36,872 nucleotides of DNA from Chloroflexota bacterium (GCA_027623195.1 JAQBUT010000027.1:1-36872), one strand, 5' to 3'; positions 8,595-19,059 are shown, numbered from the stretch's first letter. Made by a program: numbers and translations. The notes: generated from the sequence alone by a model not told the origin.

Positions 8595-9443
8595 CTAGTC
8601 CGGCCACTCGCCCTGGTAGACTTCGGCAACAGGGCCTTCCAGGATGACGGGGCCATGCCCAGGCCACTCCACCGTCAGCTCGCCGCCCGGCAGTTCAATG
8701 GCAACCTTGTCGTCAATGTAGTTATGTAAACGTGCCGCAACTGCCGTCGCGCATGCTCCAGTGCCGCAGGCCATTGTTATGCCCGAGCCACGCTCCCACA
8801 CCCGAAGCTTGATGCGCCCCCTGTCCACGACGTTGGCAATCTCGAAATTGATTCGATTGGGAAACAGCGAATGGCGCTCCACCAGCGGACCAACCTCTGT
8901 GAGGCGCACCTCATCCACGGGCTGGTCTATAAAGGCTATGGCATGTGGGTTGCCCATGGAGACGAAGGTCAGCTCGAAGTCTCCGCCTTCTACGTGCAGC
9001 GGGTGGTCCAGGATAACGTCCTGACCAGGCAGGTCTACCGGGACATCGGCCGGCACCAGAATTGGCTCCCCCATGCTTACCCTCGCCCGCACCATTTCGC
9101 CGCCCTGCCTTATTGGCGTAACGTCCAGCACACCGGCTCCGGTCTCTACCGATATGGGAGATACAGCAGAATCGCCGTTCGGCAAGATGCCCTGGTCCAG
9201 CGCGAACCGCACGAAGCAGCGGATGCCGTTGCCGCACATCTCGCCTTCGGAGCCGTCGGCGTTAAACATTCGCATACGCAGATCGGCCTTATTCGACGGC
9301 AACGCAAGAATGATGCCGTCGGAGCCAGCGCCCAGATGCCTGTCGCTCATGGCAATAGACAAGGTCGGCCAATCACGTTCCTGGTTCCTGGCATCGATGA
9401 ACAGGTAATCGTTACCTGCGCCGTGCAATTTTGTAAATTTCAA
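8595..9443 (-). CDS. dapF: Diaminopimelate epimerase
   Basis: KLHGAGND, EMCGNGIRC, MGNPH and ERGSGITMACGTG. Confidence 0.98.
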   Translation of the reverse strand: MKFTKLHGAGNDYLFIDARNQERDWPTLSIAMSDRHLGAGSDGIILALPSNKADLRMRMFNADGSEGEMCGNGIRCFVRFALDQGILPNGDSAVSPISVETGAGVLDVTPIRQGGEMVRARVSMGEPILVPADVPVDLPGQDVILDHPLHVEGGDFELTFVSMGNPHAIAFIDQPVDEVRLTEVGPLVERHSLFPNRINFEIANVVDRGRIKLRVWERGSGITMACGTGACATAVAARLHNYIDDKVAIELPGGELTVEWPGHGPVILEGPVAEVYQGEWPD

Positions 9444-9488
9444 GCTATGCCCCTGGCCTTTCCGTCCCCAGACCTTGGGAGTTAGCCA

Positions 9489-9497
9489 ATTTTATCA
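9489..9497 (-). promoter_or_regulatory. Extended -10 element upstream of dapF
   Basis: TG-A-TAAAAT in the miaA-dapF gap. Confidence 0.5.
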
Positions 9498-9535
9498 TAG
9501 AGGTCTCCAAACAGCCGACTCTCCAGAAAATTGCA

Positions 9536-10480
9536 TCAGGTAGCCAGCCACGGTCGAACTTCAAGGAGCACCTTCTCCGTCACCGACTCTGAGGAAGCTT
9601 CGAACCAGCTAATACGGCTGTCGCCGGGCTTGAACCAGGTGTATTGCCGACGCGCGAACTTATGCGTCCTGAACTTTGCCATGGCCAGCGCTTCCGCCAT
9701 GGATAACTTGTTATCAAGATGGTCTAACAGTTCTCCATAACCCAGACCGGACATGGCCGGCAGGCCTCTGCCGTAGCCATTGGCCGTCAAAGTCTTCACC
9801 TCGTCCAGCCAACCATCTTGCATCATGAGGTCAACGCGCTCGTCAATGCGCCGGAATAATACGGGCCGAGGCAGGGTCAAACCGATGATTTTCACATCAA
9901 ACGCAGGAGGTATTCGGCGCGGACTTTCGGATGCCTCCTGGCTATCATCGTCGTCGCGGCCGGTCGCATGAAAAATTTCCAAAGCCCGTACCACTCTGCG
10001 GACGTTCTTGGGGTCGATGCGACGTGCGGCGGCAGGGTCGACTTTTTCCAACTCACGATAAACGCTGTCTGGGCCTTCAAGCTCAGCCTGACCTTCATAC
10101 CTGGCGCGTATCTCCGGGTCCGGGCGAACCTCGGGAACCTGCCATCCCTCCAGCAACGCCCACACGTACTGGCCCGTGCCGCCAACTAGAATCGGCAGAC
10201 GGTCACGCCCCTGCTCGATGTCTTGGATTTCGTCGGTGGCCTGACGGATGAAATGGGCCAGGCTGTATTCACCGTCAGGGTCGACCACATCTATTATGTG
10301 ATGAAGGACAGCAGCCTGCTGCTGAGGAGTGGGTTTTGCCGTTCCAATGTCCATCCCCCGGTACAATTGGCGGCTGTCGGCGTTCACGATCTCGCCATCC
10401 AACGCCTGTGCCAGGGCGATGGCCAGGTCAGTCTTGCCTACGGCAGTGGGCCCCACTATAGCCAGTAGTTTGGTAGTCAT
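9536..10480 (-). CDS. miaA: tRNA dimethylallyltransferase
   Basis: GPTAVGKT, DSRQLYRGMDIGTAKP, VGGTG and RRQYTWF. Confidence 0.98.
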   Translation of the reverse strand: MTTKLLAIVGPTAVGKTDLAIALAQALDGEIVNADSRQLYRGMDIGTAKPTPQQQAAVLHHIIDVVDPDGEYSLAHFIRQATDEIQDIEQGRDRLPILVGGTGQYVWALLEGWQVPEVRPDPEIRARYEGQAELEGPDSVYRELEKVDPAAARRIDPKNVRRVVRALEIFHATGRDDDDSQEASESPRRIPPAFDVKIIGLTLPRPVLFRRIDERVDLMMQDGWLDEVKTLTANGYGRGLPAMSGLGYGELLDHLDNKLSMAEALAMAKFRTHKFARRQYTWFKPGDSRISWFEASSESVTEKVLLEVRPWLAT

Positions 10481-10486
10481 CAAGAC

Positions 10487-11245
10487 CTATACGACTGTAG
10501 CAGCGGCCCGCTGGACTATGTCCACGAAGGAGTCAGCGTCGAGACTTGCGCCGCCCACCAGAGCGCCGTTGAGGTCGGGTTCCGCCAGGTAATCTGCCAC
10601 ATTGGAGGCGTTCACGCTACCACCGTAGAGAAGCGGGACATTATTTGCAGGATCCTGCCCGTACAGCGATGCAAGGACACTACGTATATGGGCTAGCATC
10701 TCCTGAGCGATGGCCGAAGTCGCCGCTCGTCCGGTGCCGATTGCCCATACGGGCTCGTAGGCCAAAACCAGTTCGGCTGCGGATTCAACGCCGGCAAGTG
10801 CGGCTCGGACCTGCGACTCTACGACTGCGTTGGCGTCACCAGCGTCTCGTTGCTCCAGGCTCTCGCCCACGCATACGATGGGACGCAGACCATGTTCCAG
10901 CGCGGCGTGGACCTTGCGATTGATCATCTCATCCGTCTCGGCAAACAACTGACGACGCTCCGAATGCCCAAGGATCACGTACTGGCACAGACCTTGCAGC
11001 ATCTTAGGTGAGATTTCCCCAGTGAAGGCACCCCCACCCTCATAGTGCATGTCCTGCGCCCCCAGGGCGACGTCCGTCTCCTGCAAAAGTTCCGCTACGG
11101 CAGCAATGGATACGTACGGCGGGCAAACGACTCGCTCAACAGAGTCAAGAGAGTCGAGCCTACCTGCCATGGCACTAACCAGAATTTTAGCTTCATCCAG
11201 CGTAGTATTCATCTTCCAGTTGCCTGCAATGATGCATATGGGCAT
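10487..11245 (-). CDS. tpiA: Triosephosphate isomerase
   Basis: AGNWKMN, GHSERR, AYEPVWAIGTG and YGGSV. Confidence 0.98.
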   Translation of the reverse strand: MPICIIAGNWKMNTTLDEAKILVSAMAGRLDSLDSVERVVCPPYVSIAAVAELLQETDVALGAQDMHYEGGGAFTGEISPKMLQGLCQYVILGHSERRQLFAETDEMINRKVHAALEHGLRPIVCVGESLEQRDAGDANAVVESQVRAALAGVESAAELVLAYEPVWAIGTGRAATSAIAQEMLAHIRSVLASLYGQDPANNVPLLYGGSVNASNVADYLAEPDLNGALVGGASLDADSFVDIVQRAAATVV

Positions 11246-11383
11246 ATCAATATTGCCTTTAATTTCATTCGGCAGCCTTATGCCGCTCGAAGATAGTATC
11301 TATATGTTAAAAATTTGTCGGTATGCTGCTATCCAATTACGGGTGTATATTGCCTTCCCGCATGCCCTGCCCTCACGATCAAG

Positions 11384-12589
11384 CTATGGGCCGTATTTCA
11401 CTAACTTGCCCGCGTGGGCCATTGCCAGCAGCATCAGTTCCGTGGCGGGCAGCCTGCCTAGCGACCCTGTTGAACACGACCGCTCATGAAAGGCCGGTGA
11501 GCCGTCGCCCTTCGTCAAATCCGAATTGATCATGACGGGAACAGGATGCCAGCTGTGGCCAGCCATAATTGCCGGCGTCGCGTGGTCGCCAGCCACCACC
11601 AGCACGTCAGGGCCGAGGCCGCGCAACCTGGGAATTCTTTCATCCAACTCTTCCAGACATTTAACTTTAGCTTCGAAGTCTCCGTCCTCGCCAGCCGCGT
11701 CGGCCGGCTTGTAATGCAGAAAGAAAAAGTCGTGCTTATCGAAATTCTTCTCTAAAGTATCCAGCTCGTCGTCGAAGCTCCGGCCAGTAGGAATGACGTT
11801 CATGCCAACCAGTTTGGCCAAGCCGCGATACATGGGATAGGCCGCCACTGCGCCAGGATTAAGGCTGTAGCTCTCGCCAAAATCAGGCAGGTGAGGCAGC
11901 TTGGAGAAGCCACGCAGCAGCACCATGTTGGCCCTGTCCCTACCGCCAAGTACCTCCTGAGCGGCAGCGGCAAACGCCTTTACGACTTCGGCAGCCTTGC
12001 GCGACGATTCGTTTAGCGCATGGGGGACCAGCGGAGCCTCGCCCACAACCTGAGGGTCTGTCTCGCTTACGCCGTCGTCCAGGCCTTCGCCTCGAATAAC
12101 CAGCACGAATCGGTAGTCCTGCACCGGATAGACCGACAGACTCACCCCTGGGACCTCAATCTGGTCCAGCAGCTCGACCAGCGGCGCGCTCTCGGCCGTA
12201 GGGATGCGTCCGGCGCGGCGGTCGACCAGCAGGCCGTCGCCGTCCAATGTGCAGAAGTTACCCCGAGAGGATACGTCCCCCGGTCCCAACTCAACATCGA
12301 TTCCCAAGGCCTCCAGAACGCCTCTTCCCATCAGGTACTTTATTGGGTCGTAACCAAACAGCGCCATGTGACCGGGACCGCTGCCGGGCGTAATGCCCGT
12401 CATAACTGGCGTGGTTAGGCCGCAAGAACTCTCGCCGGCCAACGCATCCAGGTTGGGCAGGTTCGCAGTCTCCAACTCCGACTTCCCAGTGTCGGGATGC
12501 GGAGCGCCACCCAGACCGTCTGCCACCAGCAGAACTATTTTAGATGGCGTGGTACGACATATATCGGAAAGAAATGGCAGGTCAATCAT
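11384..12589 (-). CDS. apgM: 2,3-bisphosphoglycerate-independent phosphoglycerate mutase (ApgM type)
   Basis: DGLG, PGSGPGH..LFGYDP, DRRAGRI, DHATP and HSWHPVP. ATG 12589 just after the pgk stop is the likely start. Confidence 0.93.
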   Translation of the reverse strand: MIDLPFLSDICRTTPSKIVLLVADGLGGAPHPDTGKSELETANLPNLDALAGESSCGLTTPVMTGITPGSGPGHMALFGYDPIKYLMGRGVLEALGIDVELGPGDVSSRGNFCTLDGDGLLVDRRAGRIPTAESAPLVELLDQIEVPGVSLSVYPVQDYRFVLVIRGEGLDDGVSETDPQVVGEAPLVPHALNESSRKAAEVVKAFAAAAQEVLGGRDRANMVLLRGFSKLPHLPDFGESYSLNPGAVAAYPMYRGLAKLVGMNVIPTGRSFDDELDTLEKNFDKHDFFFLHYKPADAAGEDGDFEAKVKCLEELDERIPRLRGLGPDVLVVAGDHATPAIMAGHSWHPVPVMINSDLTKGDGSPAFHERSCSTGSLGRLPATELMLLAMAHAGKLVKYGP

Positions 12590-12593
12590 ATTC

Positions 12594-13823
12594 TCACGAG
12601 GCCTCCACAGAATCTGTAGACTGCGCATCCAAGAGAGCCGCTACACCTGGAAGGTCTCGCCCTTCCATAAATTCCAGCGAGGCGCCTCCACCCGTAGACA
12701 CGTGGGTCATCCTCGCCGACAGGCCCAGGCTCTCCACTGCTTCTGCCGTTGAGCCGCCACCCATCACCGTGGTTGCGTCATCCATTGCCGCCAGTACGTT
12801 CGCTATCTTCACGGTGCCTTGCGCAAAGGCAGACCATTCGAATACGCCCATCGGACCATTCCATATCACCGTTCCACAAGGGCGCAGGGCCTCGCTAAAA
12901 GCCTCTGCTGTGTCCGGCCCGATGTCCAGCACACGCCAGCCAACGGGAATTTCAGCAACTGGCACCGTTCGCGTGTTCGCGTCCTGGGAAAACCCGTCCG
13001 CCACCACCACGTCCGTTGGCAGCAGGAGCTGAGGACTACCCGATTCGCAACGGGCTATCAGACCAGAGGCGAATCCGATCCGCTCTTCTTCTATCAGGGA
13101 GTCACCAATCTCGTGCCCTTGAGCCTTCAGGAACGTTGCCGCCATACCACCGCCGATGATGATAATGTCAGCCCTGTCCACCAGGCGCTCCAATACTGCG
13201 ATCTTGTCCGACACCTTTGCGCCGCCCATAATGGCCGCCAGCGGCCGCCTGGGGCTGTCCAACGCCGTTCCCAGTATCTCCAGCTCCTTGGCCATAAGAA
13301 ACCCGGCCACCGATGGCAGGTACCTGGTCACCCCCTCGGTGGAGGCGTGGGCTCTGTGCGCCGTGCCAAATGCGTCATTAACGTACACGTCGGCCAACGA
13401 CGCCAACGCCTCGGCAAAATCGGAGTCGTTCTTTTCCTCGCACGAATGGAATCGCAGGTTCTCCAGCATCAACACGCCCCTTGCGGGAAGCGATGCAACC
13501 GCCGATTCCACCAGGGCACCGATGCAGTCTGGCGCCTGGATGACTGGCTTGCCGAGAAGTTCGGATAGCCTGCTGGACACAGGAGCCAGTCTCATATCCT
13601 CAACAACTTGGCCCCTGGGCCTGCCCAAGTGAGAGCAAATTATCAGCTTGCAGTCACGTTCCAACAGGTACTCCAGCGTAGGCAACGAGGCCCGTATACG
13701 ACCGTCGTCGGATATGGTCGTTGTGCCTGGATGAAAAGGAACGTTGTAGTCCACCCTAACCAGGACGGCCTTGCCAGCGACATCTATGTCTCGTACAGAC
13801 TTCTTTGCCGTCAACCTACCCAC
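12594..13823 (-). CDS. pgk: Phosphoglycerate kinase
   Basis: RVDYNVP, SHLGRP, NDAFGTAHRAHAS, GGAKVSDK and HVSTGGGASLE. Start is GTG 13823 or TTG 13814. Confidence 0.98.
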   Translation of the reverse strand: MGRLTAKKSVRDIDVAGKAVLVRVDYNVPFHPGTTTISDDGRIRASLPTLEYLLERDCKLIICSHLGRPRGQVVEDMRLAPVSSRLSELLGKPVIQAPDCIGALVESAVASLPARGVLMLENLRFHSCEEKNDSDFAEALASLADVYVNDAFGTAHRAHASTEGVTRYLPSVAGFLMAKELEILGTALDSPRRPLAAIMGGAKVSDKIAVLERLVDRADIIIIGGGMAATFLKAQGHEIGDSLIEEERIGFASGLIARCESGSPQLLLPTDVVVADGFSQDANTRTVPVAEIPVGWRVLDIGPDTAEAFSEALRPCGTVIWNGPMGVFEWSAFAQGTVKIANVLAAMDDATTVMGGGSTAEAVESLGLSARMTHVSTGGGASLEFMEGRDLPGVAALLDAQSTDSVEAS

Positions 13824-14817
13824 CCAGCAACTGCTTGACCAGCATCTCTATGGAAGCCTTGCCATCGGACGATATGCCGGGCTTGTCCAGCGCCGACATG
13901 CCATTGGAAACATGCTGCGACACGATGTCTTGGCAGGCCTCTTTTACGCCTAAGCCTTCGACGATCTCCTGAACTTTTGTGACGTCGTTGCCATCCAGTA
14001 CGCGCTTGAAGTAGACCTCACCCAGGCGACGTTTCTCCCCTGCAGAGGCTTTCTCCATTGCGAACACAATAGGGACCAGCTTCTTCTTATTCATTACCTC
14101 TGGACTGGGTGACGCCGACCAAAACTCACTTACGTCGGCCTGCACCTGCAAAGCGACACCAAGGTTTGTACCACACTCCTGAAACGGGTCCAGTAGACTC
14201 TCACTGCCCGACCCTATCAGAGCCCCCAACTTTAGAGCCCCAGCCAGCAGCGAGCCATTCTTCAGTGCTGCCATCTTGAGGTACGAGTCCAGACTCAGCT
14301 CTAGCCGCTCCTGAGCCTCCATGTCCATGAAACGCCCCTCGCATGTGGCCAGGCTAGCCTCATCCATCAGGCGCACAGCATGGAAGGTTACTTCAGGTGA
14401 AACTCCCTGTTCAAGCAATCGAAACAGCGCAAGTCGGGCCAGGGCATGCATACCATCGCCAGCGTTAATGGCCTGCGCCGGACCCCACACCCACCATAGC
14501 GCGTCGCGGTTCGCTCGACCCGGAACTCCACTCTGCACGTCGTCATGAATCTCCGTAAAGTTGTGTACGAGCTCGACAGAGGCCGCGCCAGGAACTGCGG
14601 TTTCCAGCTTGCCACCCACGGCGCTACATGCCAAGAGGCAGAGCTGCCCCAGATTGTGCCGCTTAGGCGTGGCGGGGTCCGTATGGCCGGGCGCGTCACT
14701 CCAGCCCATGTGGTAGGACATCATGCCGTATAGTGGCACGTCCCGAGCGTTAATGATGTCCTTTAGCTCGGCGTCTACCATGGCCGTAAGCTCCTGCGAG
14801 TTCAGTGGTAACGTCAA
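13816..14817 (-). CDS. Polyprenyl synthetase family homolog with degenerate catalytic motifs
   Basis: ELVHNFTEIHDD, QAINAGD, CEG and LKNGSL align to trans-prenyltransferases, but both DDxxD motifs are altered. Confidence 0.85.
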   Translation of the reverse strand: MTLPLNSQELTAMVDAELKDIINARDVPLYGMMSYHMGWSDAPGHTDPATPKRHNLGQLCLLACSAVGGKLETAVPGAASVELVHNFTEIHDDVQSGVPGRANRDALWWVWGPAQAINAGDGMHALARLALFRLLEQGVSPEVTFHAVRLMDEASLATCEGRFMDMEAQERLELSLDSYLKMAALKNGSLLAGALKLGALIGSGSESLLDPFQECGTNLGVALQVQADVSEFWSASPSPEVMNKKKLVPIVFAMEKASAGEKRRLGEVYFKRVLDGNDVTKVQEIVEGLGVKEACQDIVSQHVSNGMSALDKPGISSDGKASIEMLVKQLLGG

Positions 14818-15467
14818 CTGACAGTTCCCGTTTCTTTCGTCAAATTTACTCCAAGGGTATCCTCGATGTCCTCTTGAGACACAGCGCCTTGCCGAAGTAA
14901 GACCGGCCTGCCGCCTGACAGGTCCAGCACCGTCGATGCGACACCCCCAAGAATCTCGCCCGCCTCGACGACTATCTCCAACTCATCTCCGAAAACGTAC
15001 CTTACCGCCTTGGCGGTCGTCAGTCCCGGCTCCCCACTGCGATTGGCGCTAGTGCCTGTTATCGGCGCACCAAGGCCCTCGGCCAGTTGCCTGGGTACGG
15101 GGTGATTCGGGACACGCAACGCTACCGTATCGCCGCCGGCGGAAACAATATCGGAAATTGCAGTCGATCTTTTCAGGACAAGAGTTAAGGCCCCAGGCCA
15201 GAATCTCTCAGCCAATCGAATAGCCGCCTCCGGCACATCTCCCATGACGCAGTTGCCCATATCGCCCGCTCTTGCCAGTAATACGGGCATAGGCATGTTG
15301 GCGGGCCTTCCCTTAAGATCGAAAACACGCCTGACCGCATCGTCGTCGAAAACACAAGCCGCCAATCCGTAAAGAGTGTCGGTGGGGATGCCAACGACCC
15401 CGCCGCGCTTTAAGGCATCTACGGCGGCAGCGATCTGGCTTTGGAGGGCTTCGTTGTGCGTGGAAAT
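14814..15467 (-). CDS. tsaC: L-threonylcarbamoyladenylate synthase (Sua5/YrdC/TsaC)
   Basis: PTDTLYGL, KGRP, FWPGALT, TSANRSG and LRQGA. Start uncertain: ATG 15581 or ATT 15467. Confidence 0.93.
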   Translation of the reverse strand: MSTHNEALQSQIAAAVDALKRGGVVGIPTDTLYGLAACVFDDDAVRRVFDLKGRPANMPMPVLLARAGDMGNCVMGDVPEAAIRLAERFWPGALTLVLKRSTAISDIVSAGGDTVALRVPNHPVPRQLAEGLGAPITGTSANRSGEPGLTTAKAVRYVFGDELEIVVEAGEILGGVASTVLDLSGGRPVLLRQGAVSQEDIEDTLGVNLTKETGTVS

Positions 15468-15498
15468 AAGCGCTAAATTCCCGTTTTCGGCTTGAAAT

Positions 15499-15507
15499 AG
15501 TATATCA
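15499..15507 (-). promoter_or_regulatory. Extended -10 element for tsaC and downstream genes
   Basis: TG-A-TATACT. Confidence 0.5.
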
Positions 15508-15635
15508 TAAATGCTAGCTTGAATCTGGTCTGTTTTGCAGCAGTTTAGCGGGCTCTGGAGGACAGTAACACCCTGATTCATGCGCCTTAATTATTTTCTG
15601 CCATATCGTATTAATTGACGGATTTTGATAGCCAT

Positions 15636-17237
15636 ATGACACAGATTTCGGGAACACCAGCCGAGGGCGGCAAAGTGCAAGACATCTCCTCCCGCGTCCA
15701 GCGAGAATCAGTTGTCGTTATCGATTTTGGTTCGCAGTACAGCATGCTCATTGCCCGAAGGGTGCGCGAGAGCAAGGTCTATTGCGAGATCATCTCTCAC
15801 AAGGCAACGTGGGAGTCGGTGGCACGGCTGAATCCCAAGGGCGTAATCCTGTCCGGCGGGCCTGCCAGCGTTTACGAAGACAACGCCCCACTGGCGCCGG
15901 ACTGGGTTTACGAAAGCGGCCTGCCTGTTCTGGGAATTTGCTACGGCATGCAGGTTATGGCACACCAGTTGGGCGGCATCGTGGCACCCTCCTCCAAAAA
16001 AGAGTATGGCCACGCCCAGATAAGTCAGAACGCCCCAAACCAGCGCATATTCCAGGGGCTGCCCTCCTCCATGCAGGTGTGGATGAGTCACGGCGACCAC
16101 ATCACGGAGCCGCCTCCCGGCTTCACGTCGCTAGCTAATTCGGAAAACTCCCCTATAGTCGTCATGGGAAACGATAAGGGCATGCTGGGAATCCAATTCC
16201 ATCCAGAGGTGGCCCACACACCGCAGGGCAAAGAGCTTTTAGAGAATTTCCTGTACGGCGTCTGCGGCTGTCAGCCGGTTTGGACGCCGGGCAATTTCGT
16301 GAACGACAGCATAAGGCGCATCCAGGAGCAGGTGGGCGATGGCAAGGTCATTTGCGCGCTCTCAGGTGGCGTGGACTCCGCTGTGGCAGCGTCACTGGTA
16401 CACAAGGCCATCGGAAACCAGCTCACGTGCATATTCGTTAACAATGGCCTCATGCGCAAGGGCGAGACCCAGCAGGTGCGCGACACCTTTCAGCGCCACT
16501 TCCAGACCAACCTTGTTTACGCCGAGGCCACCGAGTATTTCCTGGGGGCCTTGAAAGGCGTCACCGACCCCGAGCAGAAGCGCAAGATAATTGGCGCGGA
16601 GTTCATTCGCGTCTTTGATGAGGAGGCCACGCGCATCGGCACTGTGGACTTTCTCACTCAGGGAACGCTCTACCCGGATGTTATCGAAAGCGATACACAG
16701 GGCGACGACATTTCGGCCAAGATCAAGTCCCACCACAACGTTGGCGGCCTGCCCGAACACATGAAGCTGAATCTAGTTGAGCCTTTGCGTTACCTGTTCA
16801 AGGACGAGGTACGCGAGGTGGGACTGGAGTTGGGTCTGCCGGAAGAAATAGTATACAGGCAGCCTTTCCCAGGCCCGGGACTGGCCATTCGCATCATCGG
16901 CGAGGTTACACTCGAAAAGCTGGAGGTCCTTCGCGAAGCAGATGCCATCGTTCTGGAAGAGATCACCGCCAACGGCCTCTACCGCGACACGTGGCAGAGT
17001 TTCGCTGTGCTGACGGACACCCGCAGCGTGGGCGTGACCGGAGACTTTCGGACTTACGGCCACGTCATTGCTATCCGGGCCGTCAACAGCGACGACGCCA
17101 TGACCGCCGACTGGGCCAAGTTGCCCTACGACGTTCTGGGTCGCATCTCCACTCGCATATCCAACGAGGTTCCCGACGTTAACCGCGTGGTGTACGACAT
17201 CACAAGCAAGCCTCCCGGCACCATTGAGTGGGAGTAG
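15636..17237 (+). CDS. guaA: GMP synthase (glutamine-hydrolysing)
   Basis: DFGSQY, GICYGMQ, QFHPEV, SGGVDS, IKSHHN and KPPGTIEWE. Start is ATG 15636 or GTG 15675. Confidence 0.99.
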   Translation: MTQISGTPAEGGKVQDISSRVQRESVVVIDFGSQYSMLIARRVRESKVYCEIISHKATWESVARLNPKGVILSGGPASVYEDNAPLAPDWVYESGLPVLGICYGMQVMAHQLGGIVAPSSKKEYGHAQISQNAPNQRIFQGLPSSMQVWMSHGDHITEPPPGFTSLANSENSPIVVMGNDKGMLGIQFHPEVAHTPQGKELLENFLYGVCGCQPVWTPGNFVNDSIRRIQEQVGDGKVICALSGGVDSAVAASLVHKAIGNQLTCIFVNNGLMRKGETQQVRDTFQRHFQTNLVYAEATEYFLGALKGVTDPEQKRKIIGAEFIRVFDEEATRIGTVDFLTQGTLYPDVIESDTQGDDISAKIKSHHNVGGLPEHMKLNLVEPLRYLFKDEVREVGLELGLPEEIVYRQPFPGPGLAIRIIGEVTLEKLEVLREADAIVLEEITANGLYRDTWQSFAVLTDTRSVGVTGDFRTYGHVIAIRAVNSDDAMTADWAKLPYDVLGRISTRISNEVPDVNRVVYDITSKPPGTIEWE

Positions 17238-17262
17238 ATTCGACTAAGAATCATTGGAAATT

Positions 17263-17673
17263 ATGGACAGTATTTCAAGACAAGCATTCATGGATTCAAT
17301 CACCCGCATTGCCGGCAGCGTATATGATTTTCACGACAGGTTCGGCATACCGCCCATAAGTGTCAACGGCTCATCAGAAGCAGCCTTCGACCGCCTCAGG
17401 ACGCGACTGGCGTATCTTGTAGAAGAGTCAGGCGAGCACTCCAAGGAGCTAAACCAGGGCAACCTGGTAGATGCCTCGGACGAGCTAGCGGATGTTGCAT
17501 TCGTGGCAATGGGGACGCTGCTGGAGTTAAACGAGTTGGGTGCCAACGCCTGTCAGACCGTGGCTGCGAAAAACGACAGGAAGACTCAGGAGACGCACGA
17601 CTTCGATTCAGGTTCCGGCAAGCTCGTCAAGAGGCAGGCCTCAGCGCCTAATAACCCGAATATATCGGCTTAA
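17263..17673 (+). CDS. MazG-like all-alpha NTP pyrophosphohydrolase
   Basis: VYDFHDRFG, LVEESGE, DELADVAFV and KNDRK pattern. Start is 17263 or 17290. Confidence 0.75.
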   Translation: MDSISRQAFMDSITRIAGSVYDFHDRFGIPPISVNGSSEAAFDRLRTRLAYLVEESGEHSKELNQGNLVDASDELADVAFVAMGTLLELNELGANACQTVAAKNDRKTQETHDFDSGSGKLVKRQASAPNNPNISA

Positions 17674-17745
17674 CCTGTAATTTTTATGGGCCAATTATCC
17701 ATCTGATATGAACCAAGATATTTCATTCGTTTTTGGAAATCCTTC

Positions 17746-19011
17746 ATGAAAACCCTGGTTATCGGTAACGGCGCCAGGGAGCATGCTATCACGTGGAAGC
17801 TGCAACAGAGCGACCTCGTTTCTGAACTTTTAGTTGCGCCTGGTAACGCGGGCACTGCGCAGATCGCCGAGAACGTTCCCATCGCTGCGACAGATATAGA
17901 CGGCCTCTTGGACTACGTCAAAAATACCAGCGTAGAGTTCACTGTGGTCGGGCCCGAAGGACCATTGGCGAACGGAATCGTGGACCGGTTTCAGGCCGCC
18001 GGGCTGCTTGTCTTCGGCCCAACACAGTCCGCCGCCCGCATCGAAAGCAGCAAAGTCTTCTCCAAAGACCTGATGCTGGCCGAGGGTGTGCCTACTGGCC
18101 AGGCCCGCACCTTCTCGTCCTATGAAGATGCCAAGGGCTACATTGAGACCTGCCCTCTCCCCACTGTCATCAAAGCTGACGGACTGGCGGCGGGCAAGGG
18201 TGTGATAGTGGCTGAGACACGCCAGGACGCCCTCACAGCCCTCAAAGAGATCATGGACGACCGACAGTTTGGCGAGGCCGGAGACTCGGTTCTGATCGAA
18301 GAGTATCTGCAGGGACAAGAGGTCAGCGTTTTCGCCTTCGTGGATGGCGACTACGTGTCGCCAATGGCCGCGGCCTGCGATTACAAGCGCGTTGGTGACG
18401 GGAACGTCGGGCCTAACACCGGTGGCATGGGAAGCTTTAGTCCGCCCCGTCAAGACCACTGGAACTGCGAAGTCGAGGCACAGGTCCGGCGGGAGATCAT
18501 GGAGCCGGTGGCAAAGGCAATGGTCCGTTTGGGATGCCCATACAGCGGGGTTTTATACCTCGGCATTATGCTTACACAAGACGGCCTCAAGGTCATTGAG
18601 TTCAACTGCCGATTGGGGGACCCCGAAACGCAAGTAGTGCTCCCGCGACTAAGGACCGACCTGGCTCAGATCATGTTGGCCACGGCGAAAGGCGAGCTCC
18701 GAGGACTGGACATAATCTGGAGTGACGATGCGTACGTTGGCGTGGTTATGGCCTCTGGAGGCTATCCCGACTCTTACAAGACCGGACACGCCATCAAGGG
18801 TCTGGACGGTTTAGAGCCTGGAGTGACCATCTTTCAGGCAGGCACCAGGCTTTCCAGTGGCGGCGAGGTCGTCACCGACGGCGGGCGGGTGTTAACAGCT
18901 ACAGCCGCCGGGAAATCACTGGCTGACGCTCGACGCAAGGTCTACGATAATTTGCATAATATTCATTTTCAAGACTCATTTTACCGGACCGACATAGCGG
19001 CCTGTATCTAA
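17746..19011 (+). CDS. purD: Phosphoribosylamine-glycine ligase
   Basis: GNGAREHA, VGPEGPL, KADGLAAGKGV, GPNTGGMG and EFNCRLGDPETQ. Confidence 0.99.
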   Translation: MKTLVIGNGAREHAITWKLQQSDLVSELLVAPGNAGTAQIAENVPIAATDIDGLLDYVKNTSVEFTVVGPEGPLANGIVDRFQAAGLLVFGPTQSAARIESSKVFSKDLMLAEGVPTGQARTFSSYEDAKGYIETCPLPTVIKADGLAAGKGVIVAETRQDALTALKEIMDDRQFGEAGDSVLIEEYLQGQEVSVFAFVDGDYVSPMAAACDYKRVGDGNVGPNTGGMGSFSPPRQDHWNCEVEAQVRREIMEPVAKAMVRLGCPYSGVLYLGIMLTQDGLKVIEFNCRLGDPETQVVLPRLRTDLAQIMLATAKGELRGLDIIWSDDAYVGVVMASGGYPDSYKTGHAIKGLDGLEPGVTIFQAGTRLSSGGEVVTDGGRVLTATAAGKSLADARRKVYDNLHNIHFQDSFYRTDIAACI

Positions 19012-19059
19012 ACAGCATCCGGGTGTATCGAACCGAAAATTCAGAGGAGGTTAGAAAAA

